Below are positions 15,750 to 32,000 of a stretch of DNA of 32,000 nt, piece by piece. The stretch covers positions 1,650,001-1,682,000 of the forward strand of contig NZ_CP066019.1 of NCBI RefSeq assembly GCF_016127575.1, written 5' to 3'. This stretch comes from Cupriavidus necator. Its GTDB lineage: Bacteria; Pseudomonadota; Gammaproteobacteria; Burkholderiales; Burkholderiaceae. A model generated the notes under the pieces. It ran no database searches, had not been told where the DNA came from, and saw only the letters and a program-made list of their open reading frames with translations. Position 1 is the first letter of the stretch, and every line of letters begins with the position of its first letter. Both the position numbers and the translations under genes were made by a program.

Positions 15750-17129
15750 ATGCCACACCACCGGGCTGCCCCCCGCGCCGCCGCCGCGATTGCGGCCGCG
15801 GCGGTTCCATTGCCGCCCATCGACGACCCGGCGGCAAGCCCGTTCCGCGGTCCGTTTGCCAATGCCACCGGCGTGCTGGCCGATTTGCTGGCCCGACACC
15901 GCGTGGTGCTCCTGGGCGAAAGTACGCACGGCACCGCCGAGTTCTATCATGCCCGCGCTGCCCTGACAGCGCACCTGGTGGCCCGGCACGGCTTCCGCAT
16001 CATCGCGGTCGAGGCAGACTGGCCAGATGCCGCGGCAGTCGACCGCCACGTGCGCGGCCGCCCGCCACAGCCGGCCGAATCGCCCGGCGCAGCCTTTACA
16101 CGCTTCCCGGTCTGGATGTGGCGCAACCTGGAGGTGGCGCGCTTTATCCGCTGGCTGCACACGCACAATGAAACCCTGGCGCCTGCGCAGCGCACTGGAT
16201 TCTTCGGCCTCGATATCTACAGCCTGCGCGCTTCCATGGCTGCAGTGCTGGCCTACCTGGAGGGCGTAGATCCACAGGCCGCCCGAGCGGCGCGCGAGCG
16301 CTATGGCTGCCTGGAACCGTGGGGCCGGGATCCGGCGCGCTATGGGCGTGCCGTGCTGCACGGCACGCATGCCGACTGCGAGGATGCCGTCGTCGCACAG
16401 CTGCAGGCGCTGCTGGACAAACGGCTGGCCTATGCCCGGGCGGGTCACGAGGACTTTCTCGATGCCGCGCAGAACGCGCGCCTGGTCGCTTCAGCCGAGC
16501 GCTACTACCGCGTGATGTATCACGGCAGCGACGACAGCTGGAACCTGCGCGACACACATATGTTTGAAACCCTGGCGCATCTGCTGCAGGCGCATGGCCC
16601 GCAAGCGCGCGCGGTGGTATGGGCGCACAACTCGCATATCGGGGATGCTTCGCAGACCGAGATGGGCGCCAGCCAGGGGCAGCTGAGTATCGGCCAGCTG
16701 TGCCGCGAGTCCTTCGGCGACGACGCCGCGCTGGTTGGCTTGAGCACTTACGACGGCACCGTCGCCGCGGCGACATCGTGGGACGGCCCGATGGAAATCA
16801 AGCAAGTGCGCCCTGCCCGTGCCGACAGCTACGAGCATCTGTTCCATGCGGCCGGCCATGCGCAAGCCTGGATCGACCTGCGGGGTCCGTCCGGCGGCGC
16901 CAACGGCGGCGTGCAGGCCGAAGTGCGTCAGCTGCTGATGCCGGCACGGCAAGAGCGCTTTATCGGGGTGATCTACCGCCCCGAGACCGAACTGCAGAGC
17001 CACTATGCGCGCGCCACGCTGCCGCGGCAATTCGATCTGCTGTTGTGGTTCGACCGTACGCGCGCGGTTCCGGCGCTGCCGGCGGAGCCCGCGCCGGGCG
17101 CGCCGGAGACCTGGCCTTACGGGCTCTGA
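15750..17129 (+). CDS. Erythromycin esterase (Ere/ChaN-like) family protein
   Basis: VVLLGESTHGTAEFYHARAALTAHLVARHGFRIIAVEADWPDA and VVWAHNSHIGD are characteristic of the erythromycin esterase family. The start is set at ATG 15750 because the longer ORF (15375) would overlap the DUF2188 gene and has a junk N-terminus. Confidence 0.8.
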   Translation: MPHHRAAPRAAAAIAAAAVPLPPIDDPAASPFRGPFANATGVLADLLARHRVVLLGESTHGTAEFYHARAALTAHLVARHGFRIIAVEADWPDAAAVDRHVRGRPPQPAESPGAAFTRFPVWMWRNLEVARFIRWLHTHNETLAPAQRTGFFGLDIYSLRASMAAVLAYLEGVDPQAARAARERYGCLEPWGRDPARYGRAVLHGTHADCEDAVVAQLQALLDKRLAYARAGHEDFLDAAQNARLVASAERYYRVMYHGSDDSWNLRDTHMFETLAHLLQAHGPQARAVVWAHNSHIGDASQTEMGASQGQLSIGQLCRESFGDDAALVGLSTYDGTVAAATSWDGPMEIKQVRPARADSYEHLFHAAGHAQAWIDLRGPSGGANGGVQAEVRQLLMPARQERFIGVIYRPETELQSHYARATLPRQFDLLLWFDRTRAVPALPAEPAPGAPETWPYGL

Positions 17130-17158
17130 AGTGGCCGCCTTGTCGCTTGCACGGACGC

Positions 17159-17431
17159 TCATCCGCCGGTGCGGTCCGGCGCAACCTGGATGCGATTGAC
17201 GATCTCGCGCACACCGTCACAGCCGCGGACGCAGGCTTCGACTGCATCGCAGTCGGCCTGCGCGCCGATCGCGCCGCGCAGCGTCACGCGGCCTTGCGCC
17301 ACGTCCACGGCAACCTCGCTCACGTCGAGGCCGGCGTCCCACAGGCGCGAGCACAGGGCCGCCTGCAGCGCCATATCCGCTGCCGTCGCGGCATTGCCAC
17401 GGTGATTGGCTGGGTTCGGGGAACCGGTCAT
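17159..17431 (-). CDS. Small BON-domain protein (90 aa)
   Basis: GGGAGAG lies upstream of ATG 17431. A single BON-like unit is present (LDVSEVAVDVAQGRVTLRGAI ... AVEACVRGCDGVREIVNRIQV). Confidence 0.65.
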   Translation of the reverse strand: MTGSPNPANHRGNAATAADMALQAALCSRLWDAGLDVSEVAVDVAQGRVTLRGAIGAQADCDAVEACVRGCDGVREIVNRIQVAPDRTGG

Positions 17432-17463
17432 GCGCGCACTCTCCCGTCCGTGGGAACAACGCC

Positions 17464-18030
17464 TCAGTAGGTACGCATGCCGTGGCCCGGATGCGCTTGC
17501 GCTGCGCCAGTGCGCGCCACGTGCAAGTGGTTGACCAGATCCTTCACGCCGAAAACCTCGTCGGCAATATCCTCGATCCGGTACTTCTGCAGCCGGTCCG
17601 GCACACTGCCCTCCAGCGTCACCACGCCCTGCTCGACCCGGACTTCGACATCGTTGAGGTCCAGCCGCGCGCTGCGCGAGAGCTGCTCGCACAGGTCTTC
17701 GAGAATGCGCTCGTCCGTGCGCTGGTAATTGCGCGGCCCCACCGGACGCGCCCGCTGCGGCCCGCCCCGGTAGAGATCCATGCGCTCGTTGTAGCCGGTG
17801 AACTGGCGGTAAGGATCGGTCTGGCCCCGGGCGCGCGGCGCCGGCGCGTCCGGCGGCAAGCGCTCCGGCCGCCATTCCCACGCCCCGCGGCGCCCGCCAG
17901 ACTCGTCCGGGTCCACCGGCTCGTCATAATCGTAGACCCCGTAGGCGCCCACGTAGTGACTGCGCATATCGGCTTCAGGCACCGCGCTCTCGTGCCATGG
18001 CTGGCCGCGCCAGTTGTCTCTGCGATCCAT
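17464..18030 (-). CDS. BON-domain protein with disordered N-terminal region (188 aa)
   Basis: GGAGA lies upstream of ATG 18030. The C-terminal region is GPRNYQRTDERILEDLCEQL ... DLNDVEVRVEQGVVTLEGSVPDRLQKYRIEDIADEVFGVKDLVNHLHV, a BON-domain pattern seen in osmotic and stationary-phase proteins. Confidence 0.8.
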   Translation of the reverse strand: MDRRDNWRGQPWHESAVPEADMRSHYVGAYGVYDYDEPVDPDESGGRRGAWEWRPERLPPDAPAPRARGQTDPYRQFTGYNERMDLYRGGPQRARPVGPRNYQRTDERILEDLCEQLSRSARLDLNDVEVRVEQGVVTLEGSVPDRLQKYRIEDIADEVFGVKDLVNHLHVARTGAAQAHPGHGMRTY

Positions 18031-18074
18031 CGTCGTCTCCGCTTGCCCCGATTCGTCAGTCAGTCAGCGTGCCG

Positions 18075-19217
18075 CTACTTCTGCCGCGGCGGCACCAGCC
18101 CGCGGTCCGGCGCGCGCAGTTCGCCCTTGCGCAACTGCCGCACCGCGCACGCCAGCGCGCGCGCCACGTTGTCCACTTCGCCCTGCACGCCAGTGTCTTG
18201 GTCCAGTGCCACGTGGCTGGTGGCATAGGGCTCGTAGTAGCCGATATACCGGTCCAGCCGCGCCTGCGGGCCCGCGTCGATCAGGCCCATCCAGTCGAGC
18301 CAGTCGGCCAGCGCGCGGCGCACGCCCTCGATGCCGGCCACGTCGCCGTGCACCACCAGCCCGTAGGCGCGCCCGGACAGATGCTTGGGATAGTCCCAGC
18401 CGGACAGCTCCATCGCCTTGGCGCGCACCACGTCCTTGCCATGCGTGGTGGTGGGGTCGGGATTGCCGCCGTCGGCGCAGACCAGCCGGTCCATCATCAG
18501 CTTCAGCGGGCTGGCGGCCTGGTACCAGTACACCGGCGTCACGATCAGCACGCCGTGGCAGGCCGCCCAGCGCGGATAGATTTCGTTCATCCAGTCGTTG
18601 ACCTGGCCCAGCGCATGGTTGGGATAGCAGCTGCACGGCCAGTGGCACAACGGCATTGCGGTCGACACGCACGCCTTGCACGGATGGATGCGCAGGTCGG
18701 CATCTGAGGCGAGGTGGCTCAGGTCGAGCAGGTCGACCTCGATGCCGTCCGCCTCCAGCCGTTCCCGTGCGCGCCCGGCCAGGCGCCAGGATTTCGACAC
18801 CTCGCCCGGGCAGGTGTAGTCGTTGCGCGCCGCGGCGCACACCAGCAACACGCGCGACGGTGTGGCGGGATCTGCCTGGCGCTGCTGTGCGCTGCGCACG
18901 GCCTCGCTGGCGGCGCGCCACTCGTCGGAGAGCTCGTAGTCCGGATCGGCATAGCCTGGCCCGGCCTTATGCGTGCGGGGTGCCTTGCGGCCTTCCTGAT
19001 AGGCATCCCAGGCAATGTGTTCGAGGCGGTCCAGCGCCTCATCCTCCTGCCGGTATGCGGGATCCGCGAAGCGCGCAAGAAAGCGCTGGCGGAACGTGTC
19101 GCGCGCCAGGGGAGTGGTCACCTGGCCCTTGCGCACATCCTCCGGGTTGCCGGGATGGCGCGGCGCACGCGGCGCATCCTGCGATGGCCGGGCTGGCTTG
19201 GGCGGGTGCTCGGGCAT
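18075..19217 (-). CDS. Flavodoxin-like / NADPH-dependent FMN reductase family protein with Cys cluster and ~120-aa N-terminal extension
   Basis: GGAGA lies upstream of ATG 19217. The flavodoxin-like core runs from RVLLVCAAARNDYTCPGEVSKSW, with VLIVTPVYWYQAASPLKLMMDRL. The Cys cluster CKACVSTAMPLCHWPCSC is at 18627-18680. Confidence 0.8.
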   Translation of the reverse strand: MPEHPPKPARPSQDAPRAPRHPGNPEDVRKGQVTTPLARDTFRQRFLARFADPAYRQEDEALDRLEHIAWDAYQEGRKAPRTHKAGPGYADPDYELSDEWRAASEAVRSAQQRQADPATPSRVLLVCAAARNDYTCPGEVSKSWRLAGRARERLEADGIEVDLLDLSHLASDADLRIHPCKACVSTAMPLCHWPCSCYPNHALGQVNDWMNEIYPRWAACHGVLIVTPVYWYQAASPLKLMMDRLVCADGGNPDPTTTHGKDVVRAKAMELSGWDYPKHLSGRAYGLVVHGDVAGIEGVRRALADWLDWMGLIDAGPQARLDRYIGYYEPYATSHVALDQDTGVQGEVDNVARALACAVRQLRKGELRAPDRGLVPPRQK

Positions 19218-19367
19218 GACGGTCTCCGTACGGGACGCATGTCCCGCAGACATGCAAGATGAGCGCCATCCCCCGCGGGCATGCATTGCGCGCCGCGCCC
19301 TGCGTGGCGGCCGGCCGCGCGTGCAATTCGTTCGTTGCCTTGTAAGAAATGCGGTCTCGGCCGGCGG

Positions 19368-19811
19368 CTACGGGCTTGCCTGCGGCGTCCGGTACTGCTG
19401 CTGCAGCACGCGAAACAACTCGTGGCTGACCTGCACCCCACGGTACTGGCGGCGCACCAGGGCGCGCAGGCGCGGGCCCAGCACCTGCGTGCGCAGCGCC
19501 CGCGCATAGCGTCGCTGCACGGCGTGTTCACGCTTGCTGACCGCCTGCAGGATGGACCGGTCCGAGCCGTGCTTGCCGATCGCGCTTCCGGCCGACGCAG
19601 CCGGGGCTGCCGTCATGTCGGGCAGCTGCCCCAGGTCAAGCAGGCACGCCTGCAGCTCCTGCGCCGCTTGCGCAAACGCATTGGCGCGGCTGGTGAGCAG
19701 CGATTTCAGGTGGGGATTGGCCGCGGCCAGCGCTGCGACGCGGCAGCCAAGCTCGCCTTCGCGCGATGCCGCAATCAGCGCATTGAGCAACAGGATCTTC
19801 TTCTTCGCCAT
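19368..19811 (-). CDS. PA2169-family (DUF2383) four-helix-bundle, ferritin-like protein (147 aa)
   Basis: The start is MAKKKILLLNALIAASREGE. The pattern NPHLKSLLTSRANAFAQAAQELQ ... ILQAVSKREHAVQRRY ... resembles my memory of the PA2169/DUF2383 family. Confidence 0.65.
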   Translation of the reverse strand: MAKKKILLLNALIAASREGELGCRVAALAAANPHLKSLLTSRANAFAQAAQELQACLLDLGQLPDMTAAPAASAGSAIGKHGSDRSILQAVSKREHAVQRRYARALRTQVLGPRLRALVRRQYRGVQVSHELFRVLQQQYRTPQASP

Positions 19812-19848
19812 GACACACCTGCCCTGGTCCGCGCGCGGACCCGTGAAG

Positions 19849-20220
19849 TCACCGATCGGGGCCGGCTGCCGCCGGCGGTTGCTCGCTCGCGCCGGACGTG
19901 CGCCGCACGCCGGGCTCGTGCAAGGATAGCGGCTCGTCCCGCGCGCCGCCAGTGGCCGCAAGCGCGCGCTGCGAGGCGGGCGGCCACGCCTTGCGGGCCT
20001 CGCGCATGCCGCGCAGGTTCATCGCGATCAGCGCCAGCTGCAGGACCACCAGCGCATTGGCGCCGCCGTGCCAGCCCCAGGCAATCCACAGCACGTTGCT
20101 GGCAAGAAAGACCCAGAAGCCGGCGCGCCGGCGCGCGCTCCGGCGTGAGCCGACCAGCCAGGTGGCCACCACCGTCACCACCATCGCCGGCCATTGCGCT
20201 GCCTCCAGCCACCAGTCCAT
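19849..20220 (-). CDS. Small 3-TM membrane protein with charged C-terminal tail (123 aa)
   Basis: Very strong AAGGAGA lies immediately upstream of ATG 20220. There are three hydrophobic segments (WPAMVVTVVATWLV, GFWVFLASNVLWIAWGW, ALVVLQLALIAMNL). The family is unknown. Confidence 0.55.
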   Translation of the reverse strand: MDWWLEAAQWPAMVVTVVATWLVGSRRSARRRAGFWVFLASNVLWIAWGWHGGANALVVLQLALIAMNLRGMREARKAWPPASQRALAATGGARDEPLSLHEPGVRRTSGASEQPPAAAGPDR

Positions 20221-20462
20221 GCGTCTCCTTCCGCGGCCTTCCCACCGTGCCGGGAACAACACGCGCTGCCAGACAGCGGCAAGAAGCGTACCGGCTGGAC
20301 ACCGCGCCCGCATCGGCCCCATTGCCCTGCGCGTTCTTTCCATCGGCACGGCGCGCGCCGGTAGTTTTTACAAGCAGTAAGGCATCGCGCACATAAGATG
20401 CCGCGGCGCTTGCCCTTGAGGTGCCTTGGCTGGGCGCGCAATTGGAGACTGGCCGGGCGCGC

Positions 20463-20478
20463 TGGCACGCACTTCGCA
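20463..20478 (+). promoter_or_regulatory. Possible sigma-54 (-24/-12) promoter upstream of glgE
   Basis: TGGCAC-GCACT-TCGCA compares with the consensus TGGCAC-N5-TTGCW. GG and GC have the correct 12-nt register, with one mismatch in the -12 element. It lies about 85 nt upstream of the proposed glgE start. No enhancer-binding protein gene is in the window. Confidence 0.25.
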
Positions 20479-20562
20479 TGGCTGTGCCATCCCGCCGGCT
20501 GGCCGCAAGGCGCCGGAGCGGGATTTTGTTGCTCCGTCGGAGCGAAACACCGGGAGGATTTT

Positions 20563-23979
<3,417 letters not shown>

Positions 23980-24000
23980 CAGGCATACGTGGAGACACGG

Positions 24001-29623
<5,623 letters not shown>

Positions 29624-29627
<4 letters not shown>

Positions 29628-31858
29628 GCCGACAGTTCGCGGACCGGCTGCTGCCGGGCAAGCCGTATCCCCTCGGGGCCCACTGGGACGGCCTGGGTGT
29701 CAATTTCGCGGTGTTCTCGGCCCATGCCTCGCGCATCGACCTGTGCCTGTTCTCCGACAACGGGCGCAAGGAGCTGGCGCGCCTGCAGCTGCCGGAACGC
29801 ACCGACGAGATCTGGCACGGCTACCTGCCCGATGCGGCGCTCGGCACGCTGTACGGCTACCGCGCGCACGGCCCCTACGATCCCGCGCACGGCCACCGCT
29901 TCAACCCGCACAAGCTGCTGCTCGACCCGTATGCGCGCCAGTTGAGCGGCCCGGTGCGCTGGTCCGATGCGCTGTTCGGCTACCGCCTGCAAAGCGCGCG
30001 CGGCGACCTGACACCGGACCGCCGCGACAGCGCCCCCACCATGCCCAAGGCGGTGGTGGTCGACGAGAGCTTCCACTGGGGCGACGACCGCCCGCCCGCG
30101 GTGCCGTGGCCGTCCACCGTCATCTATGAAGCCCACCTGCGGGGCCTGTCGATGCTGCGCGGCGATCTGCTGCCCAACCTGCGCGGCTCCTTCGCCGCGC
30201 TGTGCGACCCGCGCTTTATCGACCACCTGGTGCAGCTCGGCATCACCACCGTCGAGCTGCTGCCGGTCCACGCCATCCTGCAGGACCGCTTCCTGCTGGA
30301 GCGCGGACTGCGCAACTACTGGGGCTACAACACCATGGCGTACTTCGCGCCGGAGCCCGCTTACCTGGGCACCGGGCAACTGCAGGAGTTCAAGGTGGCG
30401 ATGCGGCGCCTGCACGCGGCCGGCATCGAAGTGATCCTGGACGTGGTCTACAACCATACCTGCGAGGGCAACGAGCTGGGGCCAACGGTGTCGTGGCGCG
30501 GGCTGGACAACGCCAGCTACTACCGGCTGGTGCCCGGCGACGAGCGCCACTACATCAACGACACCGGCTGCGGCAATACGCTCAACCTGTCGCATCCGCG
30601 CGTGCTGCAGATGGTGATGGACTCGTTGCGCTACTGGGTGCACTGCTACCACGTCGATGGCTTCCGCTTCGACCTGGGCACCACCCTCGGGCGCGAGGGC
30701 AACGGCTTCGATGCGGGCTCGGGCTTTTTCGATGCACTGATGCAGGATCCGGTGCTGAGCCGCGTCAAGCTGATCTCCGAGCCGTGGGACCTGGGCCCGG
30801 GCGGCTACCAGCTTGGCAACCACCCGCCCGGCTTTGCCGAGTGGAACGACAAGTTCCGCGACGTGGCGCGCCGCTTCTGGCGCGGCGACGCCGGCCACCG
30901 CGGCGAACTGGCGGCGCGGCTGGCGGCCTCGGCCGACCTCTTCGACCGCCGCCACCGGCGCCCGTGGGCCAGCATCAACTTCATCACCGCACACGACGGC
31001 TTCACGCTGGCCGACCTGGTCAGCTACAGCAGCAAGCACAACGAGGCCAACGGCGAAGACAACCGCGACGGCACCGACGACAACGCCAGCGCCAACTGGA
31101 GCCCCGACGGCAGCATCGAAGGCCCCACCGACGACCCCGCTATCCTGGCCTGCCGCGCGCGCGTGGCACAGGCACTGATGGCCACGCTGCTGCTGTCGCA
31201 GGGCACGCCGATGCTGACCGCCGGCGATGAATGGGGCCGCAGCCAGCAAGGCAACAACAACGCCTACTGCCAGGACGACGAGATCTCGTGGCTGGACTGG
31301 AAGCAGGCCCAGACGCCCGGCGCCCAGCCGCTGCAGCACATGGTGCGCCGCCTGCTGGACCTGCGCCGGCGGCTGCACTCCCTGGCCGGCGACCGCTTCG
31401 CGCACGGGCGCGAGGAACCGGCGCAGGGCATTGCCGATATTGCCTGGTTCGATACCGACGGCAAACCGCCCACCCCCGAGGAATGGGCCGACCCGGAGAT
31501 CCGCACGCTCGCGCTGCGCCGCGCGGCCGCGCCGCCCCAACCGGAGCGCGCGCAGCTGGGCTCGCTGGCGCAGGACGAAGAGAACGATGCCGGCGCCGTG
31601 CAGGTAACCTTGCTGCTGCTCAACGCCGGCGATGCCGAGGCCTCCTTCCTGCTGCCCGGGCCCACGCTGGCCTGGAAACTGCTGTTCGACAGCAGCCGGC
31701 CCGACGCCACCGAGGCCGAACTCGCGAGCGAGGCGGTCGCCGACAGCCAGGCGGTGGCGGGCCACTCGCTGGTGCTGCTGGCGGCCCAGGCCCGCAGCCG
31801 CCAGAGCGCGCCCCAGGAAAGCCCGCCGCTGGGCGCGCCGCAGGAGGCACAGGCATGA
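29624..31858 (+). CDS. glgX: Glycogen debranching enzyme GlgX
   Basis: ATG 29624 overlaps the glgB TGA (ATGA). Motifs: [63 protein letters not shown] and [10 protein letters not shown]. Confidence 0.93.
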
Positions 31859-32000
31859 GCCGGCGCGCCACCCGCCACGACACGCCCACGGCGCTGCATG
31901 CGCTGGCACTGCGCGCGGGCCTGCTGCCCCGGTGGACGGATGCCTGGAACCAGCCCCAGACCGTGTCGGACGCCGCACTGCGGCGCGTCCTGGACGGCCT
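31855..32000 (+). CDS. malQ: Probable 4-alpha-glucanotransferase (MalQ), 5' fragment only
   Basis: ATG 31855 overlaps the glgX TGA (ATGA), with AGGAGG upstream. The N-terminal pattern LHALALRAGLLPRWTDAWNQPQTVSDAALRRVL resembles proteobacterial MalQ N-termini. Only 48 codons are visible. Confidence 0.5.
   Translation, partial: MSRRATRHDTPTALHALALRAGLLPRWTDAWNQPQTVSDAALRRVLDG

Noticed and set aside
19307-19318. Perfect 12-bp GC palindrome GCGGCCGGCCGC downstream of the PA2169-like gene.
   Set aside because: It is too short and loopless for a convincing terminator. Such palindromes are frequent by chance in GC-rich DNA, and it is not repeated elsewhere in the window.
20398-20562. ATG at 20398 as the glgE start, as given in the ORF track (1193 aa).
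   Set aside because: The first 55 residues (MPRRLPLRCLGWARNWRLAG...) look non-native and have no SD. GTG 20563 has a GGGAGGA ribosome-binding site, and the domain-like sequence begins there. The true start still needs experimental confirmation.

Overview
This is a high-GC (roughly two-thirds G+C by eye) betaproteobacterial-looking segment. A Cupriavidus/Ralstonia-type host is my inference from composition, a Bug/TctC-family gene and the overall gene content. I can support about 29 protein-coding genes. I recognise no rRNA, tRNA, CRISPR array, IS element, integrase or phage gene.

Gene order, left to right:
- 3' part of an AI-2E (PerM-like) transporter.
- Two tiny Cys-rich proteins, then gabD (succinate-semialdehyde dehydrogenase).
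- A minus-strand operon: FNR-type regulator, FlhD-family paralog, unrecognisable 280-aa protein.
- A divergent double-PAS hybrid histidine kinase.
- An orphan Bug/TctC periplasmic binding protein.
- Two translationally coupled IclR regulators, divergent from a module of MBL-fold protein, group-A FAD monooxygenase, DUF2783, hairpin terminator and ACS-type MFS transporter.
- A set of small stress-type genes: 102-aa unknown, DUF2188, erythromycin-esterase family, two BON proteins, a Cys-rich flavodoxin-like reductase, a PA2169-type four-helix bundle and a 3-TM protein.
- The GlgE alpha-glucan operon: glgE, treS-pep2 fusion, glgB, glgX and the start of malQ. Three of its junctions are ATGA overlaps.

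There is no obvious defence island or mobile element. The two observations I consider most novel:
1. An FlhD homolog sits outside any flagellar context. It is coupled to an O2-sensing FNR and followed by a non-FlhC protein.
2. GlgE carries a ~445-aa N-terminal extension. By my own alignment it is a degenerate copy of the GlgE catalytic barrel with all three catalytic carboxylates replaced.

All family assignments come from motif recognition by eye and memory, not from database searches. The many long antisense ORFs in the track are treated as high-GC artefacts.
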